Source: an uncultured virus (IMG/VR IMGVR_UViG_3300033121_001780) (taxonomy: Duplodnaviria; Heunggongvirae; Uroviricota; Caudoviricetes). Taken from it: a stretch of 64,000 nucleotides of DNA. Position numbers and translations under genes: made by a program. Positions 19,072 to 29,506 of the stretch are shown here, in pieces. How positions within the stretch are numbered: the first letter of the stretch is position 1; each line of letters begins with the position of its first letter. The notes beneath the pieces were generated by a model. The model made no database searches and was not told the DNA's origin. It saw only the letters and a program-made list of their open reading frames with translations. Where the stretch lies: the IMG/VR virus record IMGVR_UViG_3300033121_001780. One strand, given 5' to 3'.

Positions 19072-22000
19072 CCATTGGGGGTGGGGGTGGAGTCGGACTA
19101 GGATTGAATACATTTCCAACATTTCCATTTATGAATCCACCACCAACGTTCCCGGTATTCATAACATTATTAACAGAAATATTATTTTTATTATTTTGAA
19201 TAACTCCCCCAGATCCAACATTTGGACTTGATGGAATTGTGATGAATATGGTCTCTGATATATTTAAGCTATCAATTAGAGAGAAATTATTATTGGAGTA
19301 GTCAATAAAAGGAGCCTGCGCTTGTAAAGGAGATGCAATTGATTGATTTATATTTGACTCAGTCGCTAGCTGGAAAAATGGAATTGAATCTGTTTCAACA
19401 AATTTTAGCTCTGAGATAATTGCCTCATATGGATCAATGTTAGATGAAGTTGGACCATGATCATTGAATATTAATAGCTTTCTATTGTTATAATGATATT
19501 CTTTTATGATTGATGTTGATCGAGTTGAAAGATTAATATTGGGTGAGATTGATGATATTTCTGGATCAAATGTTGCGATGATATCTCCGTCCAAAAGCTT
19601 ATCTAAATTGAATGATGTATATGAGTACCTGTTTCTCTTGAAATCAGATCTCTTAGTATTGTCAAGAATTGTAGCTGTTGAATTATTCAAAGATTGGAGT
19701 CTAATTCTCATTTTTAATTCATCAGTATAGAATACATTGTCAGCATTTGATGTTATTGACGCTGTCATATAATTTGGATAATCCAATAATAAGGCGTCCC
19801 ATGTCCATCCATCAGATGTAAGATTGCTTATACCTATAATGCTAGAATTATTATAATAGTTTTCAAATGTTCCAAGACCATATAAGAAATCGGTAAAATC
19901 TTTATACTTATGCCCAAGAGAATAATTATTGAATATCTCGTCATAATTATTTCTTATTTCGGATTTGGATGACCTTAGAACATCATATGTTGGATACCTA
20001 TAGAAATTGGTCTTAGCATACTCCCCATATGTAGAATCATAGGTTATTGTATTCCTGCCAATTGTAACAGATGAGTAAGTATAATAATTGACATCTATCC
20101 ACGAGTTATAACTATGGGTAAACGGCAGAATAGAAGTATCTTGATCTTTGAATGATTGGAAATTCTGAATAAGACCAGAATTGATATTCTGAGATGTTGT
20201 GTCCACATCCGTTACTGACATTGTTATTCCTCTAAATCTTCCACCCTCAAATCTTCCATCAATCCATTCAGAATCAATCATTTTCGTGATATATGGATAT
20301 CCTCTAAATAATCCATTATTCCAAACACCTCTGAAAATTCCATTTAGGAAAGCTCCATTTAACCATATGTTTTTGGTAACATAGATAAAGTGATAATCCG
20401 AGTCTCTTTCAACTCTTCTTATTGGGAAATTTACAGTAAACTGAACGGACATGAAGTCCTCATCAACTTTTATAATTGTCAAAGAATCTCTTATTAATCT
20501 TCTATTTTCATTTATGTCAATAGCTATTATATTTCCTACGGATACTCTATCACCAACCTTAAACGTGTTCCTTAAGTCAATTCCAATCTGATCAATTAAA
20601 TGTCCATTTTCGGTTGTTATTGAGGAATCTGAAACTTGTAAAGTTAGGATCCATGTAGTTGATTTAAATGATACCTTGTTTGGATTAGGGGCTATGTTTT
20701 TGGAAACACTCATCTCATATGATCTCTGATTTGATCCCTTGCTAACGACTGATCCCTTATAAGCAAGTGGCTTGGTAGTACCAGAGAACAACCTCAAATT
20801 ACTAAAATAGACAATGTTTCTGTCATATCTAAGTCCTTGATTCCAAACTCCATTTTCCCACACACTTGAAAATGTTCCGGATGTGAAGACACCATTTCCG
20901 AATTGGATCGAAACTTGGCCACCCGAATTAAATCCTCCTAAATATTCAACATTTGGTAATGTCAAAACATCTGAATAAGATGGTGTGATTCCAAATGTTG
21001 AATAGGTCATATTGTTGTAATTGTGGTCATAAAGAAGCTGCTTCTTTCTTATATCTATTTTAAGTATATACAGCTTGATAAGTGGGTCCGAAGATAGCTT
21101 TTGAATATAAAGTCTTCTTGCATTTGATGATCCTGTTAATCCAATGTTCGTTGGGGCAAACGTATAATTAAGAGTTTCTAATTTTGTTTGTCCAAAATAA
21201 TTTGAAGTGAATGTTACAGGAGCAACATTTGTGATAACTGCAGTAATATCATGAGTATTTCCATTATTTGAGTTGAATCCAGTATCGATTCCATACTTAA
21301 CTCTAAATGTTAATTCTGGTGGTATTGATGGGGATGATAATGTTGGTCCATATTGAGCCAAATAAACTATTTCTATATCATATTGGAATTCAATGGAATC
21401 GAATATATAGGTATCTGTTGCATTTTTTGCATATAGTCTTTTAGACGATGATGATCCTATAACGCTGGTACCAGCATTAATCATGGGCAGAATTTGCATC
21501 CATGATCCACCACTGTAAGTGAATCTGGGATACCATCCAGTATCAATCCAGTCTATAGATCCATTTGTGTCTTGTATGATAGATTGGTTTGGAGCAGATC
21601 CTTGTCCGTTATCTAGCTCTGGATCAACTAATAAGCTTGTGTTAGATGATTGTGTAAACGCATTATTGATGAATATCGTTTGGTAATCCGGATCCCCAAC
21701 TTCTTGTCTATAAATAGATATATTCGTCAAAATATCTGATGTAAATCCAGGAGATACAAATAACTGAGAAGCAGATATATTATTCAAATTAAATGGAGCA
21801 CCATTCCAGTTACCGTTTCTCCATAGCCCACCTTCCCAGTATATATTGTAGGCATTCATGTAATTGGCTACTCCATTTTTCCAAATCATACCTTGCCCAG
21901 TTCCAGATATCCATTTTCCATTTTCCCATGTGGAGATGAAAAATTCAGACTCATCAAAATTTCCATTTTTCCAAATACAAGTGTCGCTCAAATTGAATCC

Positions 22001-25000
22001 ACTCTCACCCTTAACCAATTCAACAAACTGGATATTTGCACTACCTTCTGATGACCAATCAACTCCTGATCCAGTTACGTTGCTACTATCTCCGTATATT
22101 TCAATACCGAAATCAGGCCCAACTGCAGAGAAAGTCAAATTATATTGAGTTGGAAATGGTCCATTTGCAATAAGTTCAAAATTCTGAGTACATATTATCC
22201 CGTGCATTTTTGCTGATGCAACACCACTACTTGCAGAGAATCTTAAATTCAGATCTGGATAAACTGCTGTTATAACAGACATATATTGGCCATTTCCAGA
22301 TAGTGGAATGATCGATGATAAATCTATATTCAAATCTTGAGTATATGGATCAACATACCCACTTGATCCAAAGCTTATAACCGCAGATCCTGATATGTCA
22401 AAAGCATTGACTGTAACTGTATATGTCATTCCAACTTCTAGAATTCCAGGATATATTATTTCAGAGAAATCCGTAGATATTCCACCAGACATTTGAACAT
22501 ATCCAGGTTGCCCTGTTGTAATGCTCACAGTTCCAGATCCATCAGATAGCAACAACCAATCATTTGTATTATTAAAATTACCGTTTATTGGATTTGTCCA
22601 ATTTCCGTATCTCAAGAAAGCATCCTCCAAATCATTGACAATTAATGTTAGGCTATATACTTCCCCGACTATCAATCCAGATGTTTGGTAAGCAATTGTC
22701 ACACTGGATGTTCCGGTCCAAACCAAATTATTGTACCCAACTACGGAAGGATTTGTTGTTAGGGTTACATCAGCTCCGGTGGGTTGTATATCACTATAAT
22801 TAATTTCCCACCCATCGAGAGTTTGGAAATTAGAATTCTCTATATAATTAACATATGGATTAAATGATGAATTTCTAAATGTGCCCTTTTCAAATGTACC
22901 ATCTAACCAAACAGAATTTTTCATTAATCCGTCGGAATGTGAGAAGGTACCTCCTCTCCAGAGAGATCCACTAAATTCGACATTTGGTCTTCTCTTTTTC
23001 TTTGTGAATTCTCTTTCGAGTTTGGTGAAAAATTTCTTATCTGTTATAACCTTCTCTTTCAACTCGGTAACGTGTCCGTTTTCCCATAGTCCATAGAAAT
23101 AATCAGAGAAATCTGAAACATAGCTTGGAATATTAGATAATGTTGTAGATGATGTACCAGATCCAATGAATGATCCTTTTGTAAACACTCCATTTTTCCA
23201 ATACTTACCACTAAATATCCCCCCATTAAATTCTCCACCGTACCAAGTTGCGTTTGAACTAGTACTAAAGTTTCCAAATTCTCCCCCATTAAATTCTCCC
23301 CCTTGCCAAGCAAAACTACTTTGCGACATAGATATATAATCCGAAACTGGAATAAACGGATATCCATAATAGGATGTGAATTTACCACCATTAAATTTAC
23401 CATTTATCCATTTTGCGGTATCGGAAAATTCACCACCATTAAATTCACCACCATACCATGTAGAATAGAATGGATATGAAAGTTCGTATAATTCATATTC
23501 AATATCATTAATCAAAACTCCAAATAGACCATTTTGGAATTTTCCAGAATACCATTCAATACTAAATGTAGATGATATTAATCCTGTTGGATCTTGCGTT
23601 CTGAATTCAGCATTTATAACATTTAAATTACTAAATGATCCGGATAATATTTTTGTCAAATTATATGGAACGTTTCTTCTTCCGAAGAATCCACCCTTTC
23701 CAATACCTCCAAAGAAATTAGAATTGAATAATTCACCATCTTTAAATTCTCCGTATTCCCAATTGCTTGCTTCAAATTGACCACCATTAAATTTACCATT
23801 TATCCATGAGTATCTGGTTGCAAAATCTTTTCTCCAATGAACTGGAACAATTTCAGAATAAACAGACTGAGTACCAATCTGATTAGATTTATTATTAAGG
23901 AATAATCCATTATCAAATTCTCCCCAGACCCATCTAGATTTTTTGACTACACCATTTTTAAATGGAGATCCAGAAATGGTAAATATTTCCGATGAAGTTG
24001 CAGAATTAGAATATGTAAATGATTCTCTATTCCAAAGTGAATTGTATAGAATCCCACCATCCCAAGTATCGGATCCCGCTACAAAATGAGAATACCTAAA
24101 AACACCAGATCTGATATCATTATCATTATCATCAAAAATTGTATCAGTCACAAGCAGTTTTCTAGAATTTGAAATTGTAGTTTCTCTATCACTAGAATCA
24201 AATTCCTTATTTTTGAATAAACACCCATCGAAATAAGATCTTCTGAAGATCCCAGATTCTATCCTAGAATTTAAGAATTTAACCGGATGAACATATCCAT
24301 ATGAATTCTCAGAATTTTTAGATATTAGATAGTCTTGATTGGTAAATGGAGGAACATTCCAAATTACAGAATATGTGCCGAGTGCATCAATTAACTGTAA
24401 TGTTCTACCTCCACTTGTTTCCGTTATCTGGTTGACAAGGTATGAATCGCCCAATTTGACAATATTCCCACCACCATTGAGAATAGTATCATAATAAATC
24501 GAATTTAAGAATACTACATCACCTTCTCCAAAGATATTATATCTGATGAAATCATTAATTGAGATTTCAAGAACTGGGTCACCGCTGCCAGTACCGATGG
24601 TGGATTGGAAATAGTAGCTAGATGTTGTTGATATGGTATTATCTTTATTATGATTAATATAATTACCAGTTATCCAATCAGAATCTTCAAAAATTCCGGA
24701 TTTGAAATCCGAATCAAGAATATATCCATTTGAAAAATCCATCTTCGGGCCAGATTTTACTGAAGAACTACAAGTAAATCCATCTATAATAATACTTTCA
24801 ACTAGTATATTATCTGTGTACAGGGATCCTAAATTATCATCATATCCCAATATTGTATCTATTACAAATGAATAATTTTGATTCAAATAGTCAATAAGAT
24901 CATAGAATCCAGGATTTGGGCCAGCGACATATGAAGTTGAAAGTAGTGATCCGTCAACAATAAATTCTATCGTAGATCCATTTATTAAATTTATTGTACT

Positions 25001-26908
25001 AACATCAAAGAACATATAATCTATGCCTGAGAATGATTCAAGGCCATCAATAATCATCAAATCCAATGATGGATATGGATTAGAAGTATTCAAAGACATT
25101 TGAACACTAAATCCAGTACTTTGAGTACCAGATGGTACGTACTTATTGTCTTCCTTGGTAGATATTTGAACAACATAATTCTTTTCTATCTTTGAATTCA
25201 TCCTATCATCAGAAGCAAAATAATCACCAATAGTGAATCTATCATCAAAGAAGTTAAGTATGTCATTAGAAAATCCACCAGAAAATTCCAATCCAGAAAA
25301 ATAAAAGTTTTGCATTGCTTTTATTTTTGTGAAATTCTTTTCTGACATATAGAATTTTAATAGGCGGAATCTTTTAATTGAATCAAAAGATTCTGCATGT
25401 ATTCTGAATAGCACATGCTCTGAATATCCTTCTATCTTGATTATTTTATCAGATAGATATTTAGATTTTCTAAATATTGATTTTTCAAATTCAGAATTTA
25501 CTGACTTGGAGTCAACTATCTCAGAATTCACTACTTCAGAATTCGTTAATAATGATTCAGAGATTTTACCAAATTCAATTCTTGAATCTACATAATTACC
25601 ACCAGTTGTTTGAACTGAGTAGGTTAGTGTATTTCCAGTTACATGATTGTAAACAGCATTACTTGCTGATGGTGATCCAAAGAGAGAATTTATGAATGTC
25701 CCATTTCCAAATGATCCATTAAAGAAATTGGTAAAATATGCATAGTTGTATCCAAATCCAGCATTATTTCCAGCATTGACCTTGATAGATGGTAAATTAG
25801 ACCCGTCATATTCTGTGAAATATGAATTTGAATTCCCCTGCCCAATTCCAATTGACCCAGCGTTCCAATTAACAGATAGGATTGTTCCCAAATTGAATTC
25901 TACATCATTACCACTATATTCAATTTCATTTATTCCATTTCCCAGAATTCCTTGGTTATATGTACCTCTAATTAGTCTTCCATCTCTAAAATTCTGCTCA
26001 CATATAAATGCTGGCATATATGTTTTATCAATTTCCCATTTGGATGATGTTGCATTGAAAACATAAATTTGATTCTCTTTGAATTTAGTTCCATCCTTTG
26101 TAAACGTATCATTTAATATTATCATTCTCTCATTTTGAGAATATGGAAATATATTCATATGAAGTCCCGATAATATATCAGAAGATATGTCCAATAACGT
26201 ACCTTGAATAGCAGAGTTGGTGGCATCATATAGCTCATAAACTAAGAAAGAATCTTGAAATGTTCCTCCAGGAATAAAATATTTTATAGCCTCATCCACA
26301 GAAAATGTACCATTGACATATAGAATGTTATTATTGGATGTAAGGGAAACAGAATCATATGAAAATCTGCTAGATAATAGTCTATCAGATCCAGAAATAA
26401 TATTCCCACTACCAGATAAATTTGAAAGAAAATAATCGAAATCTTCTTGAGTAGAGGCAACATAGATTTTCAGAAAATTATCAACTGGATCTTGATTCCA
26501 AGGGGTTGTATCTATGAATTCTATATCTAGAACAACTTTGGTCCTATCAACATATTGAACAATATATCCATCAGCATTTTTGTGAAATTTGTTATTTGTA
26601 ATGATATTATCCGAATCAAAATTTCCACCGACTATGAAAACTCTATCTCCCTTCTCTAGATTATGATCAACTTCAGTATAGAACATTGTCAGCCTAACTC
26701 CACCTATTTCATATGGCTCAATATAATTGATAAACTTAACTGAGAATGTCTTTTTGGTTTTCTTATATACGACCGTATTTAGATCAACAGCAACGACACT
26801 TCCTTTTTTACTCTTAATTTCAGAATTAACTAAAGCTCTCTGATTGAGGTTCAGCTTCGAAATTTTCTTTAAAATCGTATCAAATGGCCTTTTACCAGGG
26901 ATTTTCAT
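19064..26908 (-). CDS. Giant (~2614 aa) putative virion protein with W-x-G-G-x-F-N-G-G-x-F repeats
   Basis: Many WxxGxFxxGxF repeats, Ser/Thr/Asn-rich, Pro-rich tail; ATG 26908 (MKIPGK) follows an AATATATA box. Confidence 0.65.
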   Translation of the reverse strand: MKIPGKRPFDTILKKISKLNLNQRALVNSEIKSKKGSVVAVDLNTVVYKKTKKTFSVKFINYIEPYEIGGVRLTMFYTEVDHNLEKGDRVFIVGGNFDSDNIITNNKFHKNADGYIVQYVDRTKVVLDIEFIDTTPWNQDPVDNFLKIYVASTQEDFDYFLSNLSGSGNIISGSDRLLSSRFSYDSVSLTSNNNILYVNGTFSVDEAIKYFIPGGTFQDSFLVYELYDATNSAIQGTLLDISSDILSGLHMNIFPYSQNERMIILNDTFTKDGTKFKENQIYVFNATSSKWEIDKTYMPAFICEQNFRDGRLIRGTYNQGILGNGINEIEYSGNDVEFNLGTILSVNWNAGSIGIGQGNSNSYFTEYDGSNLPSIKVNAGNNAGFGYNYAYFTNFFNGSFGNGTFINSLFGSPSASNAVYNHVTGNTLTYSVQTTGGNYVDSRIEFGKISESLLTNSEVVNSEIVDSKSVNSEFEKSIFRKSKYLSDKIIKIEGYSEHVLFRIHAESFDSIKRFRLLKFYMSEKNFTKIKAMQNFYFSGLEFSGGFSNDILNFFDDRFTIGDYFASDDRMNSKIEKNYVVQISTKEDNKYVPSGTQSTGFSVQMSLNTSNPYPSLDLMIIDGLESFSGIDYMFFDVSTINLINGSTIEFIVDGSLLSTSYVAGPNPGFYDLIDYLNQNYSFVIDTILGYDDNLGSLYTDNILVESIIIDGFTCSSSVKSGPKMDFSNGYILDSDFKSGIFEDSDWITGNYINHNKDNTISTTSSYYFQSTIGTGSGDPVLEISINDFIRYNIFGEGDVVFLNSIYYDTILNGGGNIVKLGDSYLVNQITETSGGRTLQLIDALGTYSVIWNVPPFTNQDYLISKNSENSYGYVHPVKFLNSRIESGIFRRSYFDGCLFKNKEFDSSDRETTISNSRKLLVTDTIFDDNDNDIRSGVFRYSHFVAGSDTWDGGILYNSLWNRESFTYSNSATSSEIFTISGSPFKNGVVKKSRWVWGEFDNGLFLNNKSNQIGTQSVYSEIVPVHWRKDFATRYSWINGKFNGGQFEASNWEYGEFKDGELFNSNFFGGIGKGGFFGRRNVPYNLTKILSGSFSNLNVINAEFRTQDPTGLISSTFSIEWYSGKFQNGLFGVLINDIEYELYELSYPFYSTWYGGEFNGGEFSDTAKWINGKFNGGKFTSYYGYPFIPVSDYISMSQSSFAWQGGEFNGGEFGNFSTSSNATWYGGEFNGGIFSGKYWKNGVFTKGSFIGSGTSSTTLSNIPSYVSDFSDYFYGLWENGHVTELKEKVITDKKFFTKLEREFTKKKRRPNVEFSGSLWRGGTFSHSDGLMKNSVWLDGTFEKGTFRNSSFNPYVNYIENSNFQTLDGWEINYSDIQPTGADVTLTTNPSVVGYNNLVWTGTSSVTIAYQTSGLIVGEVYSLTLIVNDLEDAFLRYGNWTNPINGNFNNTNDWLLLSDGSGTVSITTGQPGYVQMSGGISTDFSEIIYPGILEVGMTYTVTVNAFDISGSAVISFGSSGYVDPYTQDLNIDLSSIIPLSGNGQYMSVITAVYPDLNLRFSASSGVASAKMHGIICTQNFELIANGPFPTQYNLTFSAVGPDFGIEIYGDSSNVTGSGVDWSSEGSANIQFVELVKGESGFNLSDTCIWKNGNFDESEFFISTWENGKWISGTGQGMIWKNGVANYMNAYNIYWEGGLWRNGNWNGAPFNLNNISASQLFVSPGFTSDILTNISIYRQEVGDPDYQTIFINNAFTQSSNTSLLVDPELDNGQGSAPNQSIIQDTNGSIDWIDTGWYPRFTYSGGSWMQILPMINAGTSVIGSSSSKRLYAKNATDTYIFDSIEFQYDIEIVYLAQYGPTLSSPSIPPELTFRVKYGIDTGFNSNNGNTHDITAVITNVAPVTFTSNYFGQTKLETLNYTFAPTNIGLTGSSNARRLYIQKLSSDPLIKLYILKIDIRKKQLLYDHNYNNMTYSTFGITPSYSDVLTLPNVEYLGGFNSGGQVSIQFGNGVFTSGTFSSVWENGVWNQGLRYDRNIVYFSNLRLFSGTTKPLAYKGSVVSKGSNQRSYEMSVSKNIAPNPNKVSFKSTTWILTLQVSDSSITTENGHLIDQIGIDLRNTFKVGDRVSVGNIIAIDINENRRLIRDSLTIIKVDEDFMSVQFTVNFPIRRVERDSDYHFIYVTKNIWLNGAFLNGIFRGVWNNGLFRGYPYITKMIDSEWIDGRFEGGRFRGITMSVTDVDTTSQNINSGLIQNFQSFKDQDTSILPFTHSYNSWIDVNYYTYSSVTIGRNTITYDSTYGEYAKTNFYRYPTYDVLRSSKSEIRNNYDEIFNNYSLGHKYKDFTDFLYGLGTFENYYNNSSIIGISNLTSDGWTWDALLLDYPNYMTASITSNADNVFYTDELKMRIRLQSLNNSTATILDNTKRSDFKRNRYSYTSFNLDKLLDGDIIATFDPEISSISPNINLSTRSTSIIKEYHYNNRKLLIFNDHGPTSSNIDPYEAIISELKFVETDSIPFFQLATESNINQSIASPLQAQAPFIDYSNNNFSLIDSLNISETIFITIPSSPNVGSGGVIQNNKNNISVNNVMNTGNVGGGFINGNVGNVFNPSPTPPPPPMVK

Positions 26909-26947
26909 AGCTATCCGATTATATATTATTAAAAAGGTCATTTCTAT

Positions 26948-26978
26948 TTTGTTATTTCATCTTTTTTATCTACATTTG
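26948..26978 (+). promoter_or_regulatory. Bacteroidota primary-sigma promoter
   Basis: TTTG 26948-26951, TACATTTG 26971-26978, 19-nt spacer. Confidence 0.7.
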
Positions 26979-26995
26979 TACAAATGCCGTAAAAT

Positions 26996-28084
26996 ATGAG
27001 TAATTGGAAGGTTTCTAAGGAAAAAATTCAGCTTTTCACCCACCCAAATGCAGATCAACTGCAAATTGGAAAAGTAGGCGCTTATCAAGTTGTAGTTCAA
27101 AAGGGAATTTACAACGATGGTGATGTGGTTGTTTTTGCTCCAGAAAAATCGATCCTTACTGGTCAACTTAAGCAAGAATATGAGAAATACCTTTCTGGCC
27201 CTGATAAAAACAGAGTTAAATCTGTTCGTCTTCGAGGGGAAGTATCGTGTGGTATTATTATTCCGCCGGGTCTAACCGGTGATGTTTCCACATTGGAAGT
27301 GGGGGAAGACATATCCGACAAATTGGGAATTAGCAAGTACGAACCACCAATTCCGCAAAGTCTCGCTGGTCAAGTCAAGAGATTTGATATGGACCACATT
27401 GGGCACCATGATTGCGAACATTACAATGTATATGTAAATGATCTTATTGATGGTGAAAGAGTAATTGTCACCGAAAAGATTCATGGATCTCAATTCATTT
27501 TGGGACATGATATCAAAATCAATAAGACGATTGTGTCCTCGAAAGGCCTTCTTAAATCGGGGCTTGTTATCGACGAGAGTGATACGAATCTTTATTGGAC
27601 GGCTTGCAAAAATGATAGCATAGTTGAGAATATTAGAAATGTGTGGCTAAATGGAGTGGTCCAAATCTTTGGTGAGGTCGTTCCAATCCAAAAAGGATAC
27701 GATTACGGACAAACAAAGCCAACAGTTCGGATATTTGATATTAGGGAAAATGGAATTTCGATTCCTTACGATAAAGTACCATACTACTTCAAGTCTTTGT
27801 GGGTTCCTGTGATTTTTGATGGTCCTATCAATCTAGACAGGAAAGAAGTTGTTATTTACTCGGATCCTGAAAAAGGAATTCATAAGACTAGAATTGATTT
27901 TCTTCTACAAAAGAATATTCTCGATCTACGGGAGGGTAGAGAAATGGTTTCTGGGACTGGATCCCACATCAGAGAAGGAGTCGTACTACGTCCCTACGTT
28001 GATCGTGATGCAAACGACGGCACTAAACTTCGACTAAAAATTATAAATCCTGCCCACAGAGAAAGTGGTGAAGAAATTAACTAA
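26996..28084 (+). CDS. RNA ligase (DRB0094-like, N-terminal OB domain)
   Basis: HPNADQLQ, RLRGEVSCG, motif I TEKIHG, IFGE, REGVV. Confidence 0.85.
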   Translation: MSNWKVSKEKIQLFTHPNADQLQIGKVGAYQVVVQKGIYNDGDVVVFAPEKSILTGQLKQEYEKYLSGPDKNRVKSVRLRGEVSCGIIIPPGLTGDVSTLEVGEDISDKLGISKYEPPIPQSLAGQVKRFDMDHIGHHDCEHYNVYVNDLIDGERVIVTEKIHGSQFILGHDIKINKTIVSSKGLLKSGLVIDESDTNLYWTACKNDSIVENIRNVWLNGVVQIFGEVVPIQKGYDYGQTKPTVRIFDIRENGISIPYDKVPYYFKSLWVPVIFDGPINLDRKEVVIYSDPEKGIHKTRIDFLLQKNILDLREGREMVSGTGSHIREGVVLRPYVDRDANDGTKLRLKIINPAHRESGEEIN

Positions 28085-28108
28085 AAACAACAAACAAATA
28101 ACATAAAA

Positions 28109-28687
28109 ATGAAAATGAAATCTATCCTTCTTAGTCTGTGTATGGGAATTACAAGTCTATGTTCTTCTCAATGGAATGGAACTGTAATCCATATTAATGG
28201 ATGTAATGATATGCCATCATCTTTTTCGACTGGCGATTCTGTATATTTTATAGGATCATTTTACTATGTAAAATGTGATGGTATTCCGATAGAAGATTTT
28301 AGCTATTATCAAGAATTCCCAGTTGGCTTTTTGATAGAATGTACTCAGAGCCAAGGGGTAGTATTTTTCTTGTGGCCACCTGACAACTCATGTTCCGGAT
28401 GGACTATTGTTGGACAATCTTCTCGTAGATTATTTCCTATTATTAACAATACAGGATTCAAAGAAATCACAAACACAGATTTCAAAATGTCTCCTAATCC
28501 AGCAACTGACAATTTGACTATTCAAGTTAAAAATCGATCTAGATTTGATGTGTTCTCTACATCTGGTAACCTATTGATGTCAACTATGATGAATGCTGGA
28601 TCCAATACAGTTAATGTATCAGATCTTCCGATTGGAGTATATGTGGTGAAGGTCGATAATGTCTCAAAACAACTAATTAAACTCTAA
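28109..28687 (+). CDS. Secreted protein with T9SS type A C-terminal sorting domain
   Basis: Signal peptide; C-terminal SPNPATDNLTI...LPIGVYVVKV...KQLIKL. Confidence 0.8.
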   Translation: MKMKSILLSLCMGITSLCSSQWNGTVIHINGCNDMPSSFSTGDSVYFIGSFYYVKCDGIPIEDFSYYQEFPVGFLIECTQSQGVVFFLWPPDNSCSGWTIVGQSSRRLFPIINNTGFKEITNTDFKMSPNPATDNLTIQVKNRSRFDVFSTSGNLLMSTMMNAGSNTVNVSDLPIGVYVVKVDNVSKQLIKL

Positions 28688-28746
28688 TGTCAACTCTTTC
28701 TCAAGTAAGATTGGATAAGATAAATGAATTGAGAATAGATGAATAG
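28687..28746 (+). CDS. 19-aa micro-ORF consisting almost only of the C-terminal tag
   Basis: TAATG overlap with previous stop; MSTLSQVRLDKINELRIDE. Confidence 0.4.
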   Translation: MSTLSQVRLDKINELRIDE

Positions 28747-28777
28747 ATACAATAAGTTCTAAAAGGATCTCGCTCCC

Positions 28778-28975
28778 ATGAAGAAAATGGAACAATTCAT
28801 AATTGCATATAATAGAAAAAGATTTAATTTAATGCATCAAATAAGCAACTTGAAAAATAACATAACAAGAGTTGAAAAGGGAATTGATGATTACGGAAAT
28901 AACGAAAGAGTATTAAAAAATTGGAATAGAGAGCTATTAATACTTAAATTGGAACTAATAGAACACGAAGCATGA
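28778..28975 (+). CDS. Hypothetical coiled-coil protein
   Basis: 65-aa ORF. Confidence 0.5.
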   Translation: MKKMEQFIIAYNRKRFNLMHQISNLKNNITRVEKGIDDYGNNERVLKNWNRELLILKLELIEHEA

Positions 28976-29290
28976 AATATGGGAAGATCTTTTATCCCTA
29001 GGAATGTGCAACGATTCATAAATTCAATGGAAGAGTGGTACATAGAGTCAATTGAAGATCATTTACCATACCTAAATGCTGTCATGGCATTACTTGAAAA
29101 CGCACCAAAGAGATTTGATACACAAGCTTAAAATATATACTGGCGAAATCGAAAAGTACTACTTTACGGTGGTATCTTTTTTACAGATGGGGGTCAAGGT
29201 GGAAGCCTAGACACTAGAATAGACACACTTAGGCTAATTAGAAATACTGGAATAACTATCAATATCAGAGATCACGGTTTCTGCTATGAT

Positions 29291-29488
29291 ATGAATTATC
29301 TCTATTGGAATGAAAATAAGATTTCAATTTTTGAAATAAAGAAATTTCTAGAAGATCATATTTCCGCAAAGGTGTATTTTCCTGACTATATAAGAAATAC
29401 TGAATCCGTCATCCTACAATTAGTTGTTGCTTATATCCGAGAAGAGAAATTAGAAACTCTCTTAACAAATGATAAAAATCCGATATAA
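29291..29488 (+). CDS. Hypothetical protein with C-terminal tag (frame stays open upstream; possible frameshift near 29146)
   Basis: Ends YIREEKLETLLTNDKNPI; shares WxxxxISIFEI with 34052..34375. Confidence 0.55.
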   Translation: MNYLYWNENKISIFEIKKFLEDHISAKVYFPDYIRNTESVILQLVVAYIREEKLETLLTNDKNPI

Positions 29489-29506
29489 TGTCAAATATTA
29501 ATAATT

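Noticed and set aside
19506..26066. Short ORFs antisense to or nested in the giant genes (also around 51287-59122 and 60101-61618)
   Set aside because: They are shadow frames of long coding genes with no motifs or initiation signals.
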